The position numbers and the translations under genes were made by a program. Shown piece by piece: positions 24,281 to 36,676 of a stretch of DNA of 64,000 bases. The notes under the pieces were generated by a model that had not been told where the DNA came from, did no database searches, and worked only from the letters and a program-made list of their open reading frames with translations. Source of the DNA: Antedon mediterranea. Taxonomy: Eukaryota; Animalia; Echinodermata. The stretch spans positions 30,150,871 to 30,214,870 of the forward strand of contig NC_092676.1 in assembly GCF_964355755.1 (NCBI RefSeq), read 5' to 3'. Each line of letters opens with the position of its first letter. Position 1 is the stretch's first letter.

Positions 24281-24561
24281 CTGGAACTGGATAGGCCACC
24301 CTCAGTAAAAATGGTATTAAATAAATAGATTAATAAAACTAAATGTTCTACCAGATAAACAGCTTTCTGGTTGATTGTTGTTAGTTACTCTAAATTTAAC
24401 AATTTCATACAATACATAGGTACATATATATTTTTTTCGATTCAATATTTTTCAGGGGTAAATTTATTTTAAAATAATTATATACCTGGGATAGATGAAC
24501 TTTTCTTGCTTTTTTTACTTTATCGTTTTGATTTAGCTTTTCGCGCTTTTTTTTGTAAATT

Positions 24562-25008
24562 CATTGAGATCCAGCCACTGATACTCACAGCATTGTCATT
24601 TTTTCAGTGCTTATTTTTTTTGTATCTCCATTGAGATCCAGCCACTGATACCCACAGCATTGTCATTTTTTCAGTACTTTTTTTTGTATCTCCATTGAGA
24701 TCCAGCCACTGATACTCACAGCATTGTCATTTTTTCAGTGCTTTTTTTTTTTGTATCTCCGTTGAGATCCAGCCACTGATACTCACAGCATTGTCATTTT
24801 TTCAGTGCTTTTTTTTTTTGTATCTCCATTGAGATCCAGCCACTGATACCCACAGCATTGTCATTTTTTCAGTGCTTTTTTTTTTGTATCTCCATTGAGA
24901 TCCAGCCACTGATACCCACAGCATTGTCATTTTTTCAGTGCTTTTTTTTGGTATAAAACTCCATTGAGATCCAGCCACTGATACCCACAGCATTGTTATT
25001 TTTTCAGT
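24562..25008. repeat. ~62-65-bp tandem repeat with variable poly-T, 7 copies
   Basis: Unit CATTGAGATCCAGCCACTGATACYCACAGCATTGTCATTTTTTCAGTGC(T)nGTATCTC. Confidence 0.92.
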
Positions 25009-25554
25009 GGTTTGTCTTTGGATTTGTAATAGATAAACTAATATATTATTTTTTTTTTAACAAATGATAAAATAGGATAGCCATGTAATATTAATAATAA
25101 GACAGCCACCAGTAGTATTGCATATAAAAGATGCAATCAAACCCAATGTACATGGCTTCTGAAATAAACTCATTAGTATAATATGGCAAACACATTTGCT
25201 AAATTATGCCATTGTTGTCAATAATACAGTCTTATCAGTGTTGGATATTATTACAGTACTGTACTTAGTTTCTATGGTTACCTAATACTCCAGAAATATT
25301 ATTTTGAATATAGGCTTTAGTACTGTAGATGTTCTTGATTAAAAATAATATTACTGTACATTTATTGTGGAAAGCGTAATTTCTGAATGATGGAAAGAAG
25401 AAGACATTAAAAATTGCAATTTGTTTATTATTTTAGCTTGGAAAGTACAGGACAGACAATTAAGAAATTAAAACCATGTCCTGTATTTTCGAGAGGCTTG
25501 TTTTACCAGCAAGATTTACTGTAAATAAAATTGCTTCAAGTCGGTATAGTGTAA

Positions 25555-25710
25555 AGCTCTGTCTACACTATCAAACTAGTTTGACCAAAAGAAGTGTGAT
25601 GCGCCCAAATATGCTATGCCCAAATATGGTAGTGATGTGACATCATCATGTCCATATATGGGCACATCACATTTTTTGTCACAAAGTTTGATAGTGCAAT
25701 GACAGAGCTT
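25555..25710. mobile_element. MITE family B copy
   Basis: AGCTCTGTCTACACTATCAAAC...GTTTGATAGTG..GACAGAGCT. Confidence 0.85.
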
Positions 25711-26269
25711 AAGAAAAATAGAAAATTGTCTATGTAAAGTAGTACAATAGTATTATTTAGGTTAGATAGTATAATAATAACAGTTTAGTAAAACATATTA
25801 TAAATATTCTGGTTCTAATTATTATACAGATATTGTAAGTACAATACTAATTATTACAATTGTTTACTTAGCATAATTTATTTATTTACAGAGATGCGGT
25901 TTGACAATTAAATTTGCTTACGGACGCACAATTAGAAATCAGCAGATGGCAAACCAGTGTTGGTGATTATGTCATTCTTAAAGGTCACACTCAAAGGTCA
26001 CACTACTACATCGTTTTAGAACTGGATAATCATTCAAGAATAACCATTAGAACTCTCACCATGAAATCGTGATGCGGTCCATGTTGTAGATAGGATGACC
26101 ATGAAGCCTGTATATTAAAATACATTTTTAGAGACAATACAATGCAACGGACGCCATTTTGTGCCCATTTGGATGATTGCTAGCAGGATGATTTACTAAA
26201 ATTTTGCACCAAATAATTATAAACAATAATATAAAATGCTATTGATTTAAGAAGGTACTTAACTGTAAG

Positions 26270-27361
26270 ATGGAAGATGATGCTGAGAACTTGACCTTAA
26301 ATGTAACACATGAGCCAGAAGATGATAGCTATCATCTAAATGTAATCATTCCAGTTTCAGTCATCATGATTATAATCATGATGATCTGTCTCCTAGGCAA
26401 CAGTATTGTGTGTTTGATTGTTTATCAAAAACCAGCAATGCGATCTGCAATTAACCTTCTGTTGGCAAATCTCGCTCTTGCAAATATCGTAATTTCCGTC
26501 GTGTGTACGCCATTTTTTGTTTTATCTTTATGCATGGTGGACATCGTAAGAACGTCACCCATCGCGTGTAATATTCATGCGTTTATGTATTATGCGTTTA
26601 GCATGGAGGCAACATTTATTCTTGCTGCCATAAGTGTTGATCGCTATTTTATTATCGTACATCGTAGAGACAAACTGAACCCACGTTTAGCAAAAATTGT
26701 TATTTGTGTAACATGGGCAATAAGCGTCGTTGTGTGCTTTCCTCCTGTCCTGAATGGTTTATCCAGCTACCAATTTGGACATGTACATTGTTACCCTCCT
26801 GAATCAGAGACAACTGCCGACAAAATTTATCTAGCAATCCTCGCTTTGACTCTGTTTATTGTTCCTATATTTATAATGCTCTGTTCATACTTGTGTATAT
26901 TAGATACTGTTCGTAGAAATATGTGCCGTGTGCAAAACTTTCCAGAATCTTTAAGCGTTAGTCAGGCCGGCAAGCTGGGCTTAAGACGAATAATTTCACC
27001 AAAACCATCTGTTGATATGAGATTTAAGACTAGAGCTTTCACAACTATACTCTTAATATTTTTTGTTTATCTTATTTGTTGGTTACCTTACTGTATTGCA
27101 GCAACAATTTTGACTTTCGGCGGAAATGAGCCGTTTTCATCGACGCAAGAAATCGTTCTTGTCGGCTTCACTTATTTTAATCCTGCAATTAATCCAATAA
27201 TCTACTGTTGGCGAATTAAGAAATTCCGAGAAGCGTGCGTAGAGATTGCGCCACGGTTATGCAGCCTGCTACCGAGAGTTCCGCATCGAACAAAACGAAG
27301 AGTAAAACCAAGTGCAATATACGAGTGCAATGACAAGTCATTATCTTCAACTGTTCTTTAA
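26270..27361 (+). CDS. Intronless class A GPCR, GPR45/GPR63 (PSP24)-like
   Basis: 363 aa, 7 hydrophobic segments; GN, VYQKPAMRSAINLLLA, ISVDRY, VDMRFKTRAFTTILL, CWLP and NPIIYCWRIKKFREAC. Confidence 0.92.
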   Translation: MEDDAENLTLNVTHEPEDDSYHLNVIIPVSVIMIIIMMICLLGNSIVCLIVYQKPAMRSAINLLLANLALANIVISVVCTPFFVLSLCMVDIVRTSPIACNIHAFMYYAFSMEATFILAAISVDRYFIIVHRRDKLNPRLAKIVICVTWAISVVVCFPPVLNGLSSYQFGHVHCYPPESETTADKIYLAILALTLFIVPIFIMLCSYLCILDTVRRNMCRVQNFPESLSVSQAGKLGLRRIISPKPSVDMRFKTRAFTTILLIFFVYLICWLPYCIAATILTFGGNEPFSSTQEIVLVGFTYFNPAINPIIYCWRIKKFREACVEIAPRLCSLLPRVPHRTKRRVKPSAIYECNDKSLSSTVL

Positions 27362-29350
27362 TTTTAATGTTTTGTAAAAAATTGATATTATGAACAAAAC
27401 CTTGTGTAGAACGAACAATTGTACACATTTTTAATAATACAAATTCATTTATTTTCAACAAAATGGAAATATGTTTATATAATATTCTTCCATCCTGACT
27501 GAGTACTTACCTAATGTCCTCATTCTACCACTCCAAATAACATCAGTCAAAGCTATTAAATGTTTCACACTTTATCATTAAATTATTTAACTTTTTAAAA
27601 AAAAGATTCAATTCCAAATTTCATTTGTATCTTGTTGTAAAAATAACAATAAATACTATTGTATTGTATCGCATTCCATCTACCAAATCTGAACAAAACA
27701 GTGGTAACCCACTACTAGTTAATAATGTATGTACTTAGTAAAATAAAAGGTCCAAATTTTAGGTTTAGTATCTGACATTGTAGGATTCCTACATGATTCC
27801 ATTACATTATGTAAAATGATTTAAATCGTAATATAAATTAAACTATTGGTGCACTAAGTAAATTGTTTGGACATTAATGTTTAGACAGTACAAATATTGA
27901 GGAACTGAATGTGAACATTATGTAAATTATTATTGTATTATTTTGCAAAGCCTCTATCAAAATCTGCTCACAGGCGGTTCAAAAGAATTTTTAAATTGGT
28001 GACCTATAAAATGTTAACAATATTTTGTTACAAGTAAATAATTTCATTTATCTGTCAAAGAGGGTGTGGGTGCTGTTATTGGTGCTACAGAAATGTTATA
28101 AAATGCAGTTTACAAAATTAATACAATACTAACTGTAGGCCTACAGTAGGTGTAGGTATGTCGTACAATTGATGGTATTATTATTATTACTCATTAAGTG
28201 CAATGCTTAGTACAACTCCCATAATGTTGTTTTATTTTTAAGTGTTTTTAAATACAGTATCAGTATTTTAGTGTTATATCCTTGTATTCTGCCTAGGGCT
28301 GGCACTATAGGCTTACGTCTTTCATTTTGATTTACATTCAAACACAAGCTATAAACTCAGGTTTTCCTGTAGGAAGGAAAGTGATGAGAAAGGCAAGTTA
28401 AAATTCTGCTTAAAGTATTTTAGCAGAATTTTAGTCTTGTTAGCCGATTTTTGTTCATCATTTAGCATTTTTGCTAGTCTCATTGGGTGGATGTGATATC
28501 AATATATTCATGATTTGTGCTAGTACCAGAGTGGATCTGCAGAAGCATGGATTTTATGTCATGAATGGTAATTTCAAATCATGTTTCAAAACCATAGGTT
28601 AAGCAATATAAAACAAATGATAATAAATTATAAATTGAAAATGTTAGATTTGTTAGAATTAATAGTTTGTACACTGAAAGACTATTTAAATAATTATATA
28701 GAAGTCTAGAGAGATTTTGTATTTATGTGATGTTATTATTAAGTATGTTTTATGTTAATCAGTGACTTTACCACTGTATACATCTCATTACAAATGAAGG
28801 TTGGTAATGGTTACCATAGCATTGTTTACACAGAGCTCAAACAGTAAAAACACAAACCTTCTATTGTGTCAACTGATAACCTTTCAGATCCAAACACGCA
28901 CACTGTGTAATAAATACTCTATTTATGGAAGAGCATTCAATTTTATTTATTGATAAATGGTAATGTCAAATAAACTATGTATAAATAAAATAATCAATTT
29001 TTTTAATCAAAAGTACATGTTTATGAGGTGATTTTAAATTAATGATTGATTGACTAAAAATGACAGGGACAGTACATTTTTACATTTATTGTTTGCTATT
29101 TGTAATGCATATTATTTATATAAATGTCATGGAAAATGTTTTGTTTATGAATTTCCATATTATAATAAATAGACTATTGTATTGTATATATCATTTTATT
29201 ACTACTACTAAAATCTACTATCTCATGAGTATAATAATATTTATACAGTAAGCTATAATACCAATCAAGATTGGCTTACCGCAAGAGGGCGCAACTTAAA
29301 ATCAGTGAAGCATGATGTGAGAGAGACTAATTCTTCATTCCTCGAAAAAC

Positions 29351-29358
29351 GCGCGAAA
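29351..29358. promoter_or_regulatory. E2F-like site upstream of WDR76
   Basis: GCGCGAAA (reverse complement TTTCGCGC) ~135 bp before the inferred start. Confidence 0.45.
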
Positions 29359-29490
29359 TACGTATTGATTGAGGTCTGTTTATGATTTTCAGTAGCAGTA
29401 GTTTCCTGTATTATTGGTAGTATTTTACTTACAAAATGATTGGTATTGCAAACGTAAAACGTAGTCGATTAGAAGAAGATGATATTGCAA

Positions 29491-32400
29491 ATGAATAAAA
29501 AAAGAGGAAGGTAATGATTTAATTAACAGTTTGTATAATGATAGGATTTACTACTAAAACAATAACATGATACAATAATACTACTAGCTAGGCTAGATAC
29601 TAGCTCTAAGCCTAGCCTAGGGCTAGGGTAGGCCTAGGCCTAGCCCTCCTAGACTAGTAGTAGTAGTAGAAGAAGGCCTAATATAGGCCTCCTAGGCCTC
29701 GCTACCTATATAAATAATAAGCAGGAGAAAGCATGCAGGGCAGGCTCGCCTAGAGGCTATAAAGTATATATATATCTACTGCTGTCTACCCTCCCTAGCT
29801 AGCTAGTAGGCTAGCCTGCAGGCACAATTTATGTTTTAAAAATTAAGAAAAAGAATAGGCCTACCTAGGAAAAGATAAATGAACACAAATTATGATGAAA
29901 GATAGGCCTAGGTTGAAGAGTGCATAATGAATGTTGGTATTCCATACACAGCAGCCGAAATGACCATTAATTAAATGAAATCTTTTTAATACGTGACATT
30001 GTTTCATCATTGTATAAATAGGTGGTTGATGTTTGTCGAAGGTCAGCAAGATTAAAAGCTGTTGAAAAGATTGAAAATATTATTAAAGAAGAAATTAGTG
30101 AAACTGAAGAAGAAGATTTTGTTGTACTTAAGTCTGAACCTACCACTGTAAATGACGTAAGTAGATATTTTATCTAATTATAATAATAAATTATAAACAC
30201 AAACGTTGAAATAAATGAATGAAAGTACCTACTCACAGTTATTACTTGCATATTGAATTTCTTTTGTTTCTTGCAACAAAGGTAAAAAACTCAGATCTAT
30301 CAGAATATGAAAAAATGAGGCAAAGAAATATTGAGGAAAACAAAAAGTTTTTTGCCTCACTGGAAATCTTCCAGACTAAGAAAGACATGCTGATGTTCAC
30401 TCCGAATGGAACTAAGAAATCAACAACTCGAGGCTTAAAAAGGTAAACAGGAACAAAACACAAACTTGTTTGACAAAAAAGTGTTATGTGCCCAAATATG
30501 GTAGTGATATGAAATCATAAACTTTTATGGTATAGACAGAGCTTTACATAAAATATTCGGATCAAGTTTGGAAGAGGTCGTAAAACACATTTATTCTTTT
30601 TTTAAATCATTTTTATTATATATTTAGTGAAAAAAAGAAAGCAGAGCAAATTGTTCTTCGTCCTCGTTCACTAAGGCTTCAAAATATTTCTCCGAGTGGC
30701 GAATACATGCCTGTAGAAATGGTTGAACCTGAGAAACGACAAGTAAGTTGTATGATGTTGTTTACCGTATATTTACTTTTTGTTTTAATTTATTATTTAT
30801 TGATTAATTTTGTTGTTTTTTGTAATTTCTAGACAAGAAAACTAGCTGGGCCAATCCCTATGGTACCAACTAATATCAAGAATGAAGGCAAAGAAAATTT
30901 GACAACAGGTTTCAGTGACTGCGTGCAATGTTTGCATAATAGATCAACAGAAACACATTCTCCACGCCACAACAAGTAAGTAATGTTACCAGTTAATAAC
31001 TACTGAATACTTTGATGTTTATACTTCGAAACCCTGTTTCATTTTTTATTTCGGAAAAAGAATATAGAGTACAAAATTCTCCATAGCTCAAGAACAAACT
31101 ATTTCATTTTTAGATTTGTAGAAGCACTAAAAAATCTGAAACTCACAGAAGAAAAAGTTGCTAAAGTTGTTCCTAATAGAATATGTTCAGTTATTGCTCA
31201 TCCATCATCGTCTAAGCTTCTTGTAGGAGTTGGTGACAAATGGGGACACGTTGGATTGTGGGATGTGGTAAGTATGAAACTTAAAATAAGTAGTAGACAC
31301 AACAAATTGTTATTATAATTCAATTTAAATTGTTTTGAACACACTCTGTATAATATGAAAACTATAAATATGTAATTTGATTTATTTTAGCATATACAGA
31401 TAAAAAAAATGAAAATATACAGGAAATAGATCAAAACATCAACAACATTATAAAAATATAGAGTTGTAATAACTTAAAAAATTCATCCCATATGCAGTAC
31501 ACATGCAGACACAACAAATGTTTTGAAATACACTGTGTGCAATACGTAAAATGTAAGCTCATTTCTTGCAAATAATACACTACAATCTCAACAAATTTGT
31601 TTTGAACTTAACTTTATCAACTTGTTTCCATGTGTAGGATTCTAAAGAAGACAATGATGGGGTTTATCTATTTGAGCCACATTGTAAACAAGTACCCAGC
31701 CTTAAATTTGCACCGGCAAATTCTGAAAAGTTGTTTACTTGTAGTTACGATGGAACCGTAAAGTGTGGTGACTTAAACAACATGGTATTTAATGATGTAA
31801 GTTATAAAGTGAGAGTTATAAACATATATACAAACTTTCCAAACACTGTAAATCCTTATAATTATAATAGATGGGTACAGATTCTGTCCGACACGAAGGT
31901 CAAAATGGATCTTTTAATCGAGGTCATAGCTTACAGTCTTTAGCTACATCTTTTATTATATATTACCATTTTATTGTTGTGTTGTATTGTTTACCATTGA
32001 ATTGATAGAAATTAATAAATGTTGAATTTTTAATCACTCAATGCTTTAATTAACTGTAACAATGTTTCTAACACATAAAATATAATTATTGCTGTACTTT
32101 TTTTTAGATATATTCAACTGACCCTGAGGAAGACCTGTGGATAAGTTACATGGACCTGCTATCACCAGATGGATCTCAACTGCTCGTTAGTCAGAATAGG
32201 AAGAATGCATATGTTGCTCTCGTTGATCAAAGAAAATCCAGGTACAGTAGTCTTACTTAACTTAAATCAATTATCTTAAAAATCATGTAAACTATTTAGT
32301 TTTATTTGGTTCTTTCATATTAAAGTTTGATTTTTGTCTTGCTTACTATAGAAGTATGTACATTTAGATGGTGATAAGCTTTGATTAGCTAAATAGCTAT

Positions 32401-35400
32401 ACCTTAATATCACCATTTGGCAATTAAATTGTTCTTTTTGTTGACAATAAAGATTATTATGAGTAGTACTGCACTCTCAAATTTCATTTCATAAATGCGA
32501 TAATAAAGTTTATCTTATATATTAGTAGGAGTAGGGAGTACTAGTCTTTCTACTACTCTTACTAATATCAGTAAGAGCAGTACTCACTAACCTTACTATT
32601 GAATTGCTTAAAAACACAATTTGATATTGTTATGTTTTATTACTTATCTTTATTACAGTTCTTCAGTCCCGTCGTACATGTTACATTTATTACTTATCTT
32701 TATTACAGTTCTTCAGTCCCGTCGTCGTACATGTTACATTTATTACTTATCTTTATTACAGTTCTTCAGTCCCGTCGTCGTACATGTTACATTTATTACT
32801 TATCTTTATTACAGTTCTTCAGTCCCGTCGTCGTACATGTTACATTTATTACTTATCTTTATTACAGTTCTTCAATCCCGTCGTCGTACATGTTACATTT
32901 ATTACTTATCTTTATTACAGTTCTTCAGTCCCGTTGTACATGTTACATTTATTACTTATCTTTATTACAGTTCTTCAGTCCCGTCGTCGTACATGTTACA
33001 TTTATTACTTATCTTTATTACAGTTCTTCAGTCCCGTCGTCGTACATGTTACATTTATTACTTATCTTTATTACAGTTCTTCAGTCCCGTCGTACATGTT
33101 ACATTTATTACTTATCTTTATTACAGTTCTTCAGTCCCGTTGTACATGTTACATTTATTACTTATCTTTATTACAGTTCTTCAGTCCCGTCGTACATGTT
33201 ACATTTATTACTTATCTTTATTACAGTTCTTCAGTCCCGTCGTCGTACATGTTACATTTATTACTTATCTTTATTACAGTTCTTCAGTCCCGTCGTACAT
33301 GTTACATTTATTACTTATCTTTATTACAGTTCTTCAGTCCCGTCGTACATGTTACATTTATTACTTATCTTTATTACAGTTCTTCAGTCCCGTTGTACAT
33401 GTTACATTTATTACTTATCTTTATTACAGTTCATCAGTCCTGTCGTCGTACATGTTACATTTATTACTTATCTTTATTACAGTTCTTCAATCCCGTCGTC
33501 GTACATGTTACATTTATTACTTATCTTTATTACAGTTCTTCAGTCCCGTCGTCGTACATGTTACATTTATTACTTATCTTTATTACAGTTCTTCAATCCC
33601 GTCGTCGTACATGTTACATTTATTACTTATCTTTATTACAGTTCTTCAGTCCCGTCGTACATGTTACATTTATTTCTTATCTTTATTACAGTTCTTCAGT
33701 CCCGTCGTACATGTTACATTTATTACTTATCTTTATTACAGTTCTTCAGTCCCGTCGTCGTACATGTTACATTTATTACTTATCTTTATTACAGTTCTTC
33801 AGTCCCGTCGTCGTACATGTTACATTTATTACTTATCTTTATTACAGTTCTTCAGTCCCGTCGTACATGTTACATTTATTACTTATCTTTATTACAGTTC
33901 TTCAGTCCCGTCGTACATGTTACATTTATTACTTATCTTTATTACAGTTCTTCAGTCCCGTCGTCGTACATGTTACATTTATTACTTATCTTTATTACAG
34001 TTCTTCAGTCCCGTCGTACATGTTACATTTATTACTTATCTTTATTACAGTTCTTCAGTCCCGTCGTTGTACATGTTACATTTATTACTTATCTTTATTA
34101 CAGTTCTTCAGTCCCGTCGTCGTACATGTTACATTTATTACTTATCTTTATTACAGTTCTTCAGTCCCGTCGTCGTACATGTTACATTTATTACTTATCT
34201 TTATTACAGTTCTTCAGTCCCGTCGTCGTACATGTTACATTTATTACTTATCTTTATTACAGTTCTTCAGTCCCGTCGTCGTACATGTTACATTTATTAC
34301 TTATCTTTATTACAGTTCTTCAGTCCCGTCGTCGTACATGTTACATTTATTACTTATCTTTATTACAGTTCTTCAGTCCCGTCATACATGTTACATTTAT
34401 TACTTATCTTTATTACAGTTCTTCAGTCCCGTCGTACATGTTACATGATCGCAAGATAAAAACCTTATCCATCCACCCGCAGAAGAGGAATCATTTTATT
34501 ACGGCTTCAAATGATAGGTATGTATCTTAGTTTAATGTTTTACATTATTATAGTAATTAATGAAAACGTTATTTTTTAGAAGCATTGTTGAATCTAAATC
34601 TCTCTTTTAGAACTGTTGCATTATGGGATCTACGCATGTTAAAAGAACAAGGTACAAACAAGCCACTAGAAGTCATACGGCATACGAGGGCCGTTTCAAG
34701 TGCGTTCTTCTCGCCAATCACTGGTAGAAAAGTACTATCTACTTCTTTTGATGACCACATAAGGTAATGCTTAACTACAATCTCAATGAATGCTCACTGT
34801 ACTACAAGCATGGAGCCATGGATTTATTAAAGTTTAAATTTTAAATATAATAAAATAAGCAGCTGCAGGTAATCTAAGTGATAATTTACATATTCCAACC
34901 TAATTGAAGCGATTGTATTAAACTTAAAATGTGTGCTAGCTCAAATTTTTAGTTTAATCTCTATAAACATTATACTCTTACAGAATAGCAGAATTTAATG
35001 AAAGTGGTTCAACTGCAGGGTTTGAATTGAAGTTGAAACTCAGGTAAAAAAAAAATTATACAATTAACATGTTTGGCAATGTTAACAACAATAATGCTGC
35101 ATAATATTTATTATACAATGTAGTCGTTTAGAATTTAAAATAGATAAAGGGTAACAGTATTTTTAGACTATGTTAATGCGTATGACGTAAGGCTGGCGTG
35201 GCTTACACCAGTCCAGGGATTAGAATTAAGCTAATCCATGGATTAAATGCCACGGTATTCACAGGAACTACATTGCGTTTGTTTTATGTTTTAAAGCTTT
35301 AAAAAAAGTCTGGAGTCCCTTTAATTTAGTTTGTACATTAATTTATTTATGAATTAAGCTTTTATATAATGATGCCTACCAAGAACAGAGCGCCTAACAA

Positions 35401-36436
35401 TATTTAAACTACTGGTTAAAAAATAACTTAAGGTGAAGTTTAAATGGAAGTGCTGAATTTGTTTCTCTCAATTCATATTCTTTTTAATGGGGTCAGCAGG
35501 TGTCCTAGGCAACGGCAACAAAGTGCATGGTGTTATCACCACCGCCTTGTTCAGCTTCATACCAGGTTTACGCCATACATGTGAACATACCTTTAGAATA
35601 AAATGTAAATTCTTTCTAAGCAGTTTTGATTAACCGCGCATAAATTTAACATCAAATACCCACACCATTTGTTTGACAGACATAACAATCAAACTGGTAG
35701 ATGGGTTTCAAACTTTCGTGCTCAGTGGCACCCACAGTTGGAAGATATATTTGTAGTTGGTTGCATGGATCGACCAAGGAGGGTAAGTACAGGTTATTTT
35801 TTCACAATTTGTTAATCCAATCTTTTAGACCGTTTAAACCTTCTCTTAGAGCAGTACAGTAGTTATTTTCATTGAATCTTATCAGGTTTTGAATTTTTTT
35901 GAGTTTTTTTATATTTAGAAGTATCACACTATTTCTACGTGTTAAGGAATTCTTTTGGCGTATATTTCCTACTCTATGTGGTGTTTTTTGTTTGTTTTGT
36001 GCACAATATGGTTAAATCTCAATCTAGTCTTTTAGACTGTTTAAACCTCCTTAAACAATAGTTATTATCCCACTGTATTTCTAGATGTTGGGAAACACAT
36101 TGTCTGTTTTTTTTTGCTGTATGTAGCCAATATTGTAACCAATTACAAATTGTAAATATGTGCCCCAATTCGATTTTTTTTGGTTGCCATGGCACTTATA
36201 TATTTGATATTGTATAATCATTTTATGTTTTCTGGAAATAAAGATACCTGTACCGATATATATGTGGTATTGTTTTTTCAATACAGATTGAGATATATTC
36301 TACTGATGGCAACGTCTTGCACAATTGTATGGATGACGAGTATCTTGCTTCTATTTGTTCAATCAATGAATTTCATCCATCACGAGACATCCTGATTGGT
36401 GGGAACTCAAGTGGGCGTGTCCATGTGTTTATGTAA
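29491..36436 (+). CDS. WDR76: WD repeat-containing protein 76 (CMR1 homologue), multi-exon span
   Basis: SEYEKMRQRNIEENKKFFASL, VAKVVPNRICSV, GDKWGHVGLWD, SYDGTVKCGD, HTRAVSSAFFSP, HNNQTGRWVSNF, GGNSSGRVHVFM*. Start inferred from exon phase. Confidence 0.9.
32637..34446 (+). repeat. 41/44-bp minisatellite (~42 copies) spanning a WDR76 intron-exon junction
   Basis: Unit TTATTACTTATCTTTATTACAG|TTCTTCAGTCCCGTC(GTC)GTACATGTTACAT; the last unit continues into coding SSVPSYMLHDRKIKTL. Confidence 0.96.
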
Positions 36437-36526
36437 ATACACATCCTTTAAATATAAAAGTCATTTTTACTCAAATTGTTTCTGCTTAGTAAACATTTAA
36501 ACTATATAAAGTATGTTTTTGTTTAA

Positions 36527-36676
36527 AGCTCTGTCTATCAAACTTTATGTGACAACAAAAATGTGATGGGCCCATATATGGACATGATGATGTCATATCA
36601 CTAGCATATATAAGAATATCACTATCATATTTGGGCACATCACATTTTTTTATCAAGCTACTTTTATAGTGTAGAT
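36527..36676. mobile_element. MITE family B copy in the WDR76 3' region
   Basis: Same TIR and internal GTGATG-GCCCATATATGG palindrome. Confidence 0.75.

Noticed and set aside
32599-34530. Three long ORFs (643, 612 and 554 aa) as hydrophobic proteins
   Set aside because: By-product of a stop-free 41/44-bp minisatellite; only the final ~100 bp is WDR76 exon.
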